A stretch of DNA of 64,000 nucleotides from NCBI RefSeq assembly GCF_964188315.1, contig NC_135661.1, forward strand, positions 73,656,001 through 73,720,000. The letters run 5' to 3'. This document shows, piece by piece, positions 23,501 to 35,094 of this stretch (positions are counted from its first letter, which is position 1; the number at the start of each line of letters is the position of its first letter). The notes under the pieces were generated by a model. The model worked only from the letters and a program-made list of their open reading frames with translations. It was not told the DNA's origin and searched no databases. The position numbers were made by a program, and so were the translations under genes. Source of the DNA: Podarcis muralis (taxonomy: Eukaryota).

Positions 23501-24795
23501 TAAAAGTTTTTGCTAGGTGGACCTCCATCTTGGTCTCAGTAGTTGTTTTATGCAGACCCTCCAAGTGTCCCTATTTTCCACAGACAGTCCCAGATTTACA
23601 AAAGCCGTCCCAGTTTCTGATTTGATCCCAGAATGTCCCACTTTTCCTTAAAGGTAAAGGTACCCCTGCCCGTACGGGCCAGTCGTGTCCGACTCTAGGG
23701 TTGTGCGCTCGTCTCACTCTAGAGGCCGGGAGCCAGCGCTATCCGCAGACACTTCCGGGTCACGTGACGAAGCTGCTCCGGCGAACCAGCACCAGAGCAG
23801 CACACGGAAACACCGTTTGTTTACCTTCCCACTATAAAGCGGTACCTATTTATCTACTTGCACTTAAGGGTGCTTTCGAACTGCTAGGTGGGCAGGAGCT
23901 GGGACCGAACGACGGGAGCTCACCCCGCCGCGGGGATTCGAACCGCTGACCATGTGATCGGCAAGTCCTAGGCGCTGAGGTTTTACCCACAGCGCCACCC
24001 GCGTCCCCCTCACTTTTCCTTAGGACGTCCCTATTTTCATCAGAGAAATGTTAAAGGGTATGGAGGTATGCCCTTAGGCAAGGAGAAAAGTGACTATACC
24101 ACCTTTAGAAGACATCTGAAGGCAGCCCTATATAGGGAATGTTTTTTTAATGTTTTGTTATGTTTTTTACATATGTTGGAAGCTGCTCAGAGTGGCTGGG
24201 GAAACCCAGTTGGATGAGCAGGGTATAAATAGTAGATGATGGTTGTTATGGAATAGAATGTTCCTATTTTCATTGGAGAAATATTGGAGGATATGTAGAA
24301 GACTTCAGTCAGCCCATCATTATCTAAATCAGTGTTAAATAACACAGGTTTCTAGAAATACTATTTCTTTGGAGAATGCTCCACCGACACCCCATGAGGG
24401 TCAGACTTTACCGTTGGTTTCTTTTGTTTCTTTTGTTTCTTTTATTGTTACTTTTGTTTCATGCAGCCAAAAAGTCGAAGCTGAACCTATAACAGAGAAG
24501 GAAAGACAATGGTGAGTCTTCAGGGGAAGAGTGCTCTCTCTTCTGGGATCTAGGAAGCTTTCTGGGTCTGTGGATTCCCCTGGGGGATCTCACCACATCT
24601 ATCTGTCAATTTAGCAAGGCTTTGCAGCAGCTCCCCAATTTGTGATGGGCCTTCTCCACTTCTCTGTGCTTTTCACTTTTTGGGGGGTCTTGTTTATGCC
24701 TCTTTCTCCAAATACCAGCTTCTGGTGAGACTCAGATTGCTGCCTCGGTTCAACTTACCTAGCAGAAGTAGCAGGAAGGCAAAGGAAGTCTTCAT
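17266..24795 (-). CDS. Secreted NIDO-only protein with acidic C-terminal tail (TECTA-like paralog, ~325 aa)
   Basis: Six GT-AG exons: 24795-24759, 24486-24412, 23311-23181, 20095-19814, 18731-18594, 17580-17266. The three NIDO exons have the same lengths as in gene 1 (131/282/138 nt). Confidence 0.85.
18594..18731 (-). CDS. NIDO-only gene exon 5
   Basis: [46 protein letters not shown]; 138 nt, ctccag/gtaggc. Confidence 0.92.
19814..20095 (-). CDS. NIDO-only gene exon 4
   Basis: [36 protein letters not shown]...ATWDRVAYFGSLSSK; 282 nt, cacag/gtaagt. Confidence 0.93.
20470..20814 (-). mobile_element. Sauria SINE
   Basis: Full-length; 15-bp TSD CAGTTTACAATATAA (20455-20469, 20815-20829). Confidence 0.9.
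21508..22413. mobile_element. Tc1/mariner-type MITE (TA duplication, CAGTGGTACCTC TIRs) carrying an L1 insertion
   Basis: TA|CAGTGGTACCTCGGGTT ... AACCCGAGGTACCACTG|TA. Confidence 0.85.
21549..22195 (+). mobile_element. 5'-truncated L1-clade LINE (ORF2 Cys-rich C-terminus + polyA)
   Basis: KCREREGTFFHMWWDCKKVRGFW...KPEAFLLG...YATTAARVLLAQNWK; AATAAA + A tail; 17-bp TSD TAATTCGTTCCGGAGGT (21532-21548, 22196-22212). Confidence 0.9.
23181..23311 (-). CDS. NIDO-only gene exon 3
   Basis: (E)HLLYPYGEAAGDMKNPIADDGTSPKIPILVPFTFYDKTYHSVY; 131 nt, gtccag/gtacgt. Confidence 0.9.
23651..24010 (-). mobile_element. Sauria SINE
   Basis: Full-length; 12-bp TSD CACTTTTCCTTA (23639-23650, 24011-24022). Confidence 0.9.
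24412..24486 (-). CDS. NIDO-only gene exon 2: signal-peptide end + KET repeats
   Basis: (G)SASTFWLHETKVTIKETKETKETN; 75 nt, phase 1 to 1, gttatag/gtaaag. Confidence 0.7.
24759..24795 (-). CDS. NIDO-only gene first coding exon (signal peptide)
   Basis: MKTSFAFLLLLL followed by G/gtaagt; classic hydrophobic leader. Confidence 0.78.
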
Positions 24796-25467
24796 ATTGG
24801 CGTCTCCTTCCCAAGCAGCAGCATATGACAAGCAACATCCCAGGAATTGAGGAGAAAGGAGAGGGAATATAAAATTGAATTAAGACATGAATGCAGGAGG
24901 GAAAGATGCTTTTTCCAGTTGTGTGTATGACCCCCCACCCCCACTCACCCACATCCCATTAAAGCAGAGGTGGGGGACCTGTGATCCTCCAAGTGTTTTT
25001 GGACTCCATTTCCCATCAGCTCCAATCAATATGGCCAGTGGTCAGGGATAAGGGGAGTTGTAGTCTGCAAACAGCTGGACCGTCACAGGTTCCCCCTTCC
25101 TGCATTAAGAACTCCAAACAATGGATCACACCTTTTGGGTCTGAGACCTGCCTGTCAGTTCCACTCTTCCCCATTGCCTATGTGAAACTGGCCAATGGTT
25201 GGAACAGGAAAAATCTAGTGCTCCTCTGTATTTTCGTCACTTGATGTGGAATATTCTCCAGACAATCTCTGACCATGCAACTCTAGGCATGTTTACTTGG
25301 GTGTAAGCACTAGGTAAGTGGACAGGATTACAGCCTAAGTGTTTTACATATTTGCCAAAGTTACTTGATGTGGATATCTGGATTTGACACCCTGCGATAT
25401 TTTGTTTCAGCATTTGATGTTCGACTAAAGAGGTTTGATTTCAGAATCTGATATTTACCTGTGTCTG

Positions 25468-25850
25468 NNNNNNNNNNNNNNNNNNNNNNNNNNNNNNNNN
25501 NNNNNNNNNNNNNNNNNNNNNNNNNNNNNNNNNNNNNNNNNNNNNNNNNNNNNNNNNNNNNNNNNNNNNNNNNNNNNNNNNNNNNNNNNNNNNNNNNNNN
25601 NNNNNNNNNNNNNNNNNNNNNNNNNNNNNNNNNNNNNNNNNNNNNNNNNNNNNNNNNNNNNNNNNNNNNNNNNNNNNNNNNNNNNNNNNNNNNNNNNNNN
25701 NNNNNNNNNNNNNNNNNNNNNNNNNNNNNNNNNNNNNNNNNNNNNNNNNNNNNNNNNNNNNNNNNNNNNNNNNNNNNNNNNNNNNNNNNNNNNNNNNNNN
25801 NNNNNNNNNNNNNNNNNNNNNNNNNNNNNNNNNNNNNNNNNNNNNNNNNN
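25468..25850. other. Assembly gap (383 N)
   Basis: Run of n bases. Confidence 1.
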
Positions 25851-26122
25851 TATCCCAACAATTTACCAAAGAGTTTGAATTCTGAAGCAAAGGATGTGGC
25901 GAGAGGGCGGGGGGAGGGAGGGAAAGCATTTTCAGAAATCAAAGCGATAGAATTGGAAAGTTTGGTGCGTTTTCAAGCATTTCCGCCTTAGGAAAATGGA
26001 AGGTATCATCAGGAGGTCATGAGCAGCACTTAACTATTGCATTGCAAACCTCCCAACAGCTATCAAAAGTGCACAAGGTGTCATACATGGACTCATTCTA
26101 TGAAATGAGGTAGCCCAATATA

Positions 26123-26363
26123 CAGTGGTACCTCGGTTTAAGAACAGTCCTGTTTACGAATGATTCGGTTTATGAACTCCGCAAAACCAGAAGTAGTGTT
26201 CCAATTTGCGAACTTTACCTTGGTCTACAAAAGGAAACCGAATGGTGGAAGGGCACCGGCAGCGGGACACCTCATTAGGGAAAGCACGCCTCAGTTTAAG
26301 AATGATTTTAGTTTAAGAAACGGACTTCAGGAACGGGTTAAGTTCGTAAACCGAGGTACCACT
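26123..26363. mobile_element. Tc1/mariner-type MITE (related subfamily)
   Basis: TA|CAGTGGTACCTCGGTTTA ... TAAACCGAGGTACCACT|A. Confidence 0.75.
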
Positions 26364-27707
26364 ATATTGCAAGGTGGGTGGGTGTTCCATTGGAAGCACA
26401 TGTGAGGGGTCACAGTGTTGTGCCACCCCACCAAAGATGTGCTCACTGCTCATCCCACCTACCCCTCTCCCCATCAGCCTCATTTAGGAGCCTCTGTGGT
26501 GATTTGGTCATTTTAGACTCTGGACTTTATGGTCTTACAGCCATCGCCCTCTTAAGATGACAGCGTTTATCATTTCACTGCCTTCAAAATGTAGTAAGCC
26601 AGCTCTGCTGTGCTTGGAGGTCTTCCTGCTCATTCTGATTGCTGGGTGGGGAATAGACCTCTCCCCCAAGTCCTGCCTTGATGGCATAACCGGGCAGTTT
26701 TTGTGCATGTTCTGATTGATGTGTGCTGGGCAATTTATTTCACAACGTTTATATACGCCTTGATTGTAATAAAAACTCCAAGTGATTTACTAAAAAAAAA
26801 ACCAATGAAAAGAAAGTGAAAACACATATTTAAACCACCCAAAAATAATTAAAATCCAGGACAAAAATGCTCTAGCAGACACCGAAAAGAGTACAGTGAA
26901 GGCAGCTACCTGACGTCAACAGTCGGAGAGTTCCAAAGTGTGTATGTCTCACTTGCACGTGAATGGGAAAAGCTGGGTCTCTCCCTCATGCTGAGAATCT
27001 CTAGGCATGTTCACAGTTTCGCATGTATAGACGCTACACACAGCTACCTCACATGTAAATGTTGGGTTATGGGGCCAGCATGTATGTATGTTGACAGTGG
27101 CAGGTTTTGGGGGGGGTAAGCCAGCTAATGCACTGTACTCACTATTGTCTGTCCTCATAATTACAACTTGCCCCTTCCCCTTAAACCTCATCGCTGAGCC
27201 ACCATATGAACCCAAATCTCCGCAATCCAATATCAACATGCTATACCCTGCAAGTGTCCTGGGGGGGGAAACAGAACATCCTGTTTTTTTGCGCAAGAGC
27301 ATGGCGGCCATTCCGAGCCCTGTGATCTCAAGCGGGTCATGTGACTTTTGTGTGACACGCATCCTGGTTTGGGGACATGCCATTCACATATTTCATATGT
27401 GCTGACAACCTGGAAATGGCCCAGGAAGGCTTCTGTCTCAATGCAAACAGCAATGAGGGAAGGGCGCTTTTTGTTGGTATCATGGCAGGAGGAGGAAAGC
27501 AGTAAAGCCTTTCACGTGCCCCCTCTCTCCCTACCTCCCTCCATCTCCCTCCATTGCAGTCCCAGATGTTGCTAAGGCTCTCCCATGCTGCTATTCATGT
27601 AACAAAAGCATGCAAGTTAATTGCATTCAATTTCAAGCCTAGCTTGGCCGTATTATGTGTGTGCATATGTAAAAACACCTGTCTGTCTTCATGCTCCTGA
27701 TATTGCT

Positions 27708-28111
27708 CCTACATTGGCTCCCAGTACATTTCCGAGCACAATTCAAAGTGTTGGTGCTGACCTTTAAAGCCCTAAATGGCCTCAGTCCAGTATATCTGAA
27801 GGAGCGTCTCCACCCCCATCGTTCTACCTGGACACTGAGGTCCAACTCCGAGGGCCTTCTGGCGGTTCCCTCACTGCGAGAAGCCAAGTTACAGGGAACC
27901 AGGCAGAGGGCCTTCTCGGTAGTGGCGCCCTCCCTGTGGAATGCCCTCCCACCAGATGTCAAAGAGAACAACAACTACCAGACTACCAGACTTTTAGAAG
28001 ACATCTGAAGGCAGCCCTGTTTAGGGAAGCTTTTAATGTTTGATGTATTACAGTATTTTAATTAATTAATTTATTATTATTATTTTGGAAGCCGCCCAGG
28101 GTGGCTGGGAA

Positions 28112-28167
<56 letters not shown>
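27708..28167 (+). mobile_element. L2-clade LINE 3' fragment with (ATT)n tail
   Basis: [34 protein letters not shown]...AFSVVAPSLWNALP. Confidence 0.85.
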
Positions 28168-28946
28168 CTTGAGGATGCAGAAATTTCCACTTGCCTTTAG
28201 CCCCTACCTCACTTACCTTTCTGCTCCTTTCTTCCTCCACGTCCTTAAGGAGTCTCCACATCCTTAGGGAGTCTCTTCTGGTTTTATATATACAGCCCTG
28301 CAATATTTCCACACCCAAGTTCCCCTGTAAAAATTGACCTGCCTCCCGACTGCTCTTCCCTTCCCTCTGACCTGGCCTGATGCCCCAGAGGGATTCATAA
28401 CTCAATGGCAAGATGGAAGCCTTAAATCCACTCTTAATCCATTGTGTATGTTTTAGGGGTGTGCGCAGGCCCCAAGATTTGTCTTGTAGCTGAGTTTGTG
28501 CATTTTAAAAGTACTGATCTGTTTTCAGACACACTACTTTCCCCGCTTCAATCTTTAATTTGGGTTGTGAGTTGTATCAAATGAAGCTCTGTGGTTCCCC
28601 TTTCACTATAATGGGAAATCTAAAAACAGCTGTAACTCTTCTCCCCTTTTGACGAAGTGAATGACATTTATGAGTCCCTTCAGAGTGGATTAAGCTTGCC
28701 AAATTGCAGTGGAATGGGTTCGGAAGCTTTTTGTAAATAAAAGAGATTCACTTTCTTCCATAAGTCCAAACAAGGGGCACCATGGGGCTTTCTTGCTCTT
28801 TCTTGCCAAGTGGTGCGCATTTTTGTCTTCATATTTCATTTCAATTTTTGAACCTTCACACTGGCCATTCTGCACATGCTTCCTGTCTAGAACATTGCCT
28901 GTGAAGTAATGTGAGCTATATTTGCTTTTCTTAAAAAAGAGCAATA

Positions 28947-29188
28947 CAGTGGTACCTCGGGTTACATACACTTCAGGTTACATACGCTTCAGGTTACAGA
29001 CTCCGCTAACCCAGAAATTGTGCTTCAGGTTAAGAACTTTGCTTCAGGATGAGAACAGAAATTGTGCTCCGGTGGCGCAGTGGCAGCAGGAGGCCCCATT
29101 AGCTAAAGTGGTGCTTCAAGTTAAGAACAGTTTCAGGTTAAGTACGGACCTCCGGAACGAATTAAGTACTTAGCCTGAGGTACCACTG
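28947..29188. mobile_element. Tc1/mariner-type MITE, complete
   Basis: TA|CAGTGGTACCTC ... GAGGTACCACTG|TA. Confidence 0.85.
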
Positions 29189-32100
29189 TATAGAATTTAA
29201 AACAATAACAACAACCAAAATACATTAAATCAAGTTTGTAACTATTAAAAAAATATATCCAGAGCTGTGCTTTAACCATAAACCACGTCTTCAGTTCTCT
29301 GCAAGCAAAATTTTGAATAGCCTCATCTTTTAAAGCTATTGAAACACTGTGATGTGTAGGAAAACAGTTTTTCAGTTTTGCACCCCTCGGCTCAGCACCC
29401 TGTTGGGGGGATCTGCCCCCACACCCCTAAATTCAGTATGGTGGGGGCCAAGAAACACAGTTGCCATGATGTGAGGGCACAAGCGAAGCTGTACTATAGA
29501 CTAAGGTGACCATGTTTCACAGGCTGATGTATCTTCTAATGCAGATGCAGGGGAACCTGTGGCCCTCCATATGTTGCTGAGCTGCAACTCCCATCATCTC
29601 CAGCCACTGGCCATGCTAGCTGAGATTGATGGGAGTTGGAGTCCACCAAAATCTGAAAAGCTACCAATTGACAGCTCTGTCCTAAAACATGCAGCCTGAC
29701 TGTGTGGTTTGAAAGAAGCTCCTTCCTCAAGACCTCACTTTAGGGTGCTTTATCCCAACTCTATGAAAATCAGTATTAGCTGTCCTCTACCCTGTGTTCT
29801 TCTGACAAGGAGATCTGAGGGCCCCAATCTAGCAGTCCCAGTTAAGAAAGCAGAAAACAACTCATTGCTGAGAGGGCAAGGCGGATGTGGATTAGGCCTT
29901 GATCCTCTTGTTTGCTCCTTTACTGAGAGAAGATCAACAAGGATTAGGTGAACACGCAAAGTGTGGACTCTGTGCCATGATCTTCCCACTTGGCTTGAAC
30001 TCCCAAATGTTTGCAAAAGGAGATCTGGATTGGGGAACAGGATCTTGCCACACCCCTGGGAATTGGTGTAATGCCTTTTAATGGGTGTATTGTCCTCTGT
30101 CTCAGCAGTGAGCATCCACAACAACACAGAACAAGTAATAGGGCAAATGCACTAACTCTCAGTTGCCCAGCCTTGTAAATCCTATCTATATCACTTCACC
30201 AGGAAGCAGCTGTATCTCTTAAAGCAGAGCTTTCCCAACTTTTCATGTTGGTGACACATTTTTTAGATGTGCATCATTTTGCAACACAGCACGGTGGTTA
30301 AGAACTTAATTCGTTCTAGAGGTCTGTTCTTAACCTGAAACTGTTCTTAATCTGAAGCACCACTTTAGCTAATGGGACCTCCTGCTGCTGCGCCGCCGCT
30401 GCACAATTTCTGTTCTCATCTGAAGCAGAGTTCTTAACCCGAGGTACTATTTCTGGGTTAGCGGAGTCTGTAACCTGAAGCATATGTAACTTGAACGTAT
30501 GTAACCCAAGGTACCACTGTAATTCATTTTTGTTAGCAAACAGGAGGTTAAACTAACCCCTTTCCAGACCCAGGAGGAGTGCGGGGACCGTTTGCGTGAC
30601 ACACCTACACACTAACGTATCAGGACACACACTTTGGAAAGCTCTGCCTTAAAGGGACCACACACCAAATATCTGACTAAGAAACATAGAGGAACAGGAA
30701 ACCATGGATAGAATAACTGGTAATTCAATATGAGATGGAATGAAGTCCTTTTTTTAGGAATTAGGAAAAAATTCATTCAGTTCACGTTTTAGTGCAAAAT
30801 TTGTGCTTCTCTTTTGCAGCATAACCAAATAATGCATACGAAAAGGTTTGTATTAGGGCTCATCCATACTCCAGCTTGCCCCATGCCTAGAAAGCACAGG
30901 CCCAAGCAATTTTCCAATTGGCCCACTCCTTTTTGAGGGAAAACCCACTCTTTAGCTTTAAATCAGAACAAACTGCAGTCCATGGAAAACTCGATTGCTG
31001 TTTGCTCAGATGGCGCACTAAAGAACAGTTTTCCCTGAGGGAAAGCGGCAAGGCAAGAGGATGTGTGGATAAGACCTTAGTGAAAAGTGCATGTGCGAAA
31101 AATGCATTCTATTATGGAAAATTTGCTGGCAAGAGTATATGCACTAGGTGAAATTGCATGGGAAAGTGTGCACACTGGGAGGTTGGTTGGCATCCATCTG
31201 TCTCATGGAAATGTATGGATCATGATACCTTTAAAAAAAAAATGCCCTAAATACATACATTTATGAAGTGAACTGAATTTTAAGATTAACAAAATGCAAA
31301 ACTGGGAGAAACCAAACTGACAGGTTTCTGACACTGCATTCCTCATTTAACATAGACATGTTAAAGAGTCTCCCTCTTGCTGCTGTCCACTTCTCTTGTC
31401 AACCTCTCTCTGGTACAGTGGCGTAGCGTGGGGGGCTGGCCCTGGGTGCATTTTTTTTTGAGGAGGCACAACCAGGTGCCCCAACAACAGGCTCCCTCAC
31501 CTGAGAAATATTACAGAGGGAGTGGAATAGGACATCTCTATTTTCACCAGAGAAATGCTAGAGGGTGTGAGAGTGTTTGGGAAACTGAAAGTTGGTTATC
31601 AAGAGGTTGCCTTGCTTCTGTGAATCCCACTTTCAGATGAAACAAGAACCCCTCAAGTCAGATTTTGACCTAGACGTCACTGACACGGTAAGGACTCATC
31701 TGTGTCCATCCATTCATGTTCTGCTTTTTCGCCAGTGTTTCTCAGAAGATGAGAGCCAGAGTCTGGTCCAAACGCTGATCTCCTTCCTGACTTCCAAAGG
31801 TCCTGCTATTCAGGTCTTGCAATGCACTCACATTTTAAAGTTGCTTGCCCATCCCATGTGCATATCTACGGCTCAGTGAATCTGCTCGGAGCTGATTCAT
31901 TTGCTGGTGCACTGATCCCTGTGTAACTATTAGCAGAGAATAGGACTTGGGTGGGGCAGGACAGCCCTAAGCCCTTGGAGAGCCATCTGTCGGCACCTGC
32001 CTGGATTCAGTAGTAAGAAGAGAGTAGAGCTCTATATTGTTGCACAGCACTGCAAGCTCCAGGTGGCTGCAGTTGTCTGAAAATGACAATTTCTGGGTTT

Positions 32101-32378
32101 TGAGATCCATTCCCCAGGACTACTCAGTGGCTTTTATCATTCCAGATACCACCTTGGAAGGCAGCCAGGCCTCAAGTGGGAAAAGTAGGAGTCGGCACAT
32201 CATCAAATAACTTGCCCTGGTTCACCCTATAAAAGGTTTATTTGGTCCCAACCTCTCTTGGGTCAGTACTGGGCAGAACCCATACCCGCTAACATTTCTC
32301 TGATGAAAATAGAGGTGTGTTGTTGTTGTTGTTGTTGTTGTTGTTCTTGTTGTTATACCCCATCCATCCTTTATTATA

Positions 32379-32735
32379 AGGTAAAGGTACCCCTGCCCGT
32401 ACGGGCCAGTCTTGCCAGACTCTGGGGTTGTGCGCCCATCTCACTCAAGAGGCCAGGGGCCAGCGCTGTCCGGACACACTTCCGGGTCACGTGGCCAGCG
32501 TGACATCGCTGCTCAGGCGAGCCAGAGCCGCACACGGGAATGCCGTTTACCTTCCCGCTAGAAAGCGGTCCCTATTTATCTACTTGCACCTGGGGGTGCT
32601 TTCGAACTGCTAGGTTGGCAGGCGCTGGGACCGAGCAACGGGAGCGCACCCCGCCGCGGGGATTCGAACCGCTGACCTTTCGATCGGCAAGCCCTAGGCA
32701 CTGAGGCTTTTACCCACAGTGCCACCCGCGTCCCT
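32379..32735 (-). mobile_element. Sauria SINE
   Basis: Near-identical to the copy at 20470-20814. Confidence 0.9.
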
Positions 32736-32774
32736 ATCCATTATTATACCCATCCATTATTATACCCCATCCAT

Positions 32775-32838
32775 GGCGTGCTCTGGTCCATGGGGTCACG
32801 AAGAGTCGGACACGACTAAACGACTAAACAACAACAAC
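32775..32838 (+). mobile_element. BovB (RTE) LINE 3' terminus
   Basis: GTCCATGGGGTCACGAAGAGTCGGACACGACTAAACGACTAAAC(AAC)n; 11-bp TSD ACCCCATCCAT (32764-32774, 32839-32849). Confidence 0.8.
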
Positions 32839-35061
32839 ACCCCATCCATCTAACTGGGTTGCCCCAGCCACTCTGGATGGCTTCCAACATATAAAAAACC
32901 ATAATAAAACATTAAACATTTTAAAAAAAACACCCTTCCCCATACACGGCTACCTTCAGATAACTCGGAGGTCAGATAGCTCCATACCCTCCAACATTTC
33001 TCCGATGGAAATAAGGACATCCTAAGGAAAAGTGGAACATTCTGGGATCAAATCAGAAACTGGAGCAGCTTCTGTAAATCCGGGGCTGTCTCAGGAAAAT
33101 AGGCACACTTGGAGGGTCTGCAATGCATCCAATTCAAGCTGGCTTTCATGAAGGAAATGTGTGGAATAGCTTGCAATGCACTCTAGTAGCAATTCTTACT
33201 TACTCTCTGTAGGCACTAAATAGCAAGAAGCAGTGAGAGTAGGGACTTTGCAAGAGTAATGAAGACAGTCTTGGAAAGAAATGTTTATAATCTACAGCAC
33301 CACTCTGACAACCTTACCTCTCCTGAGCTATGTTATTGTAATTAAAAGCCACACATCAGCAACATTTTCTAGGGAGCTCAAAAGTAAAAGGAAACATAAT
33401 ACATTTTAAAAAAAATAGAATAAATTGCCTGGTAATAGGATGTGGTTATTCAGCAGCAGTAACAATGACTACATGAGACACAGAAGAATGTAGGGATACA
33501 GGTGTGCAGAAAGGACTGGAAGCCCATTTATATTAGACATTGATTTGTTTAAATTGCATTTTTTGAAATGCTAAAGACCTGCCTTTCAGAAGATTAGAAG
33601 CAGGCTGGACCACTGTTGCAGGGGTAATGTCATAAATATGCCAGCTCCAAGCGAAGGTTTGCAGCCAGCTGCAAAAAGCAGCCAAGAACGGAGAGGCTTG
33701 GATTTTACTAAGACAGAGGAGAGTCAGCAGCTGCAGGCCTTGCATGCTCTTGGCTTTGAGCAGCAGGCTGATAAGGCAGTAGCTGAGAGCAGGCTGGAAC
33801 ACAGCCAAAACTCTCAGGAAGCACAGACAGGTGTGAAAAGTGAGAGAGACAGTCTTTTGTCACAGGAAGGGGCTGCAGATGACCCAAGAAGCCCGAGACG
33901 TAGACAAATAGGACGGCTGCTAGACAGGAAACAAAACAAGAGACATAAGGGTAACAGGTTCAGTATCTTCTGTCAACGCAGGAAGAACTCCTCAGAAGGG
34001 TTAACTTAGGGATGATGCTGGTGTTGGGATGCAGCCAAGGAATCAAGGGCAATTGGCAGGCCCCCAGCTGGCTCCAGCCCACCGGCTGGTGTGCCAGGCA
34101 ATCTCCAGTCCTTGGTGCAGCATCAGCGACTCAAGCTTCAGAAGCTAGAGCACGCTACTCAGCAGAGTAAACGCTACGCAACAGAAGTGGCAGGAGACAG
34201 CTGCATGAGCATATTTACAAGCAGTTTCTTCAGCGTACAGCAGGACAAAAGGAAAACATGTCCGATCTCCTTTGTGTCCCAAGCAAGACGCTAAAAGCGA
34301 AAGCTGTACACAAACGGAAATTCTCAGCAAGCTGTGCTGGAGTGTAAACAAGCATGTGACACACAACAGTCATGCCTGTACTTAAGGTGGAACGGGATAT
34401 CCTAACATCCGGATGCTTGGCTAGAGCAGTCCGGAGCTAATTGCTTGTTTTTGCAGTAAGTTCTCCTTTTTAATTACATACATTTACTGTGTTATCAAGC
34501 CGGGAACCTGGACTCCTAACAGGTATATCCAGTTGGTGGAAATTGCAGGAAGGGAGATTCCCTTTAACCATTAAGAGAAACTTGCAAATGGCATGAGCTG
34601 TCCAACCGTGGAACAGGCTGTCTCAGAAGATGGTGGGTTGTCCTGTGTTGGAGACATTTATGCAGAAGCTGGGTGGCCATCAGTCCAGGGATATTGGAGT
34701 TGCACCTGTACCACAGATCTTGAGTAGAGCAGGGGGTTAAAATAACAGAACCGCAGAGCTGAAGGGGACCACAAAGGTAACCCCCTTTTACAGCGCTACT
34801 ATAGCCTAGAATAGAGGTGGCCATTCAGTAACTACTTAAGAATCTCAGGTGAAAAATCACCCATCACTTCCTAAGATTGAACAGCTCATATAGTTACTAA
34901 GTCCTTTAGCTGACATCCTTGGGGTCGTAATTTGAACCCACTGGTATATTCGAAGAATGCCGACCCAAATAAAAGCTTTCTTTCGTTGCAATAAAAATGA
35001 AGGCACAAAATTATTGGGATGTGTGGCAGCATTTTTAATAACCCATTCATAACTCCAAAGA

Positions 35062-35094
<33 letters not shown>

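Noticed and set aside
498-24795. One gene with two tandem NIDO domains
   Set aside because: Each NIDO set has its own ATG and signal-peptide exons, and the upstream unit ends in a stop (TAA unspliced, TGA spliced). Two genes fit better.
25361-25991. Four long ORFs (147-193 aa) in the ORF track
   Set aside because: They are open only because they span the 383-N assembly gap.
31637-31815. Pair of plus-strand exon-like segments (MKQEPLKSDFDLDVTDT / CFSEDESQSLVQTL...)
   Set aside because: The implied intron (31688-31735) is only 48 nt, shorter than normal vertebrate introns, and no family was recognised.
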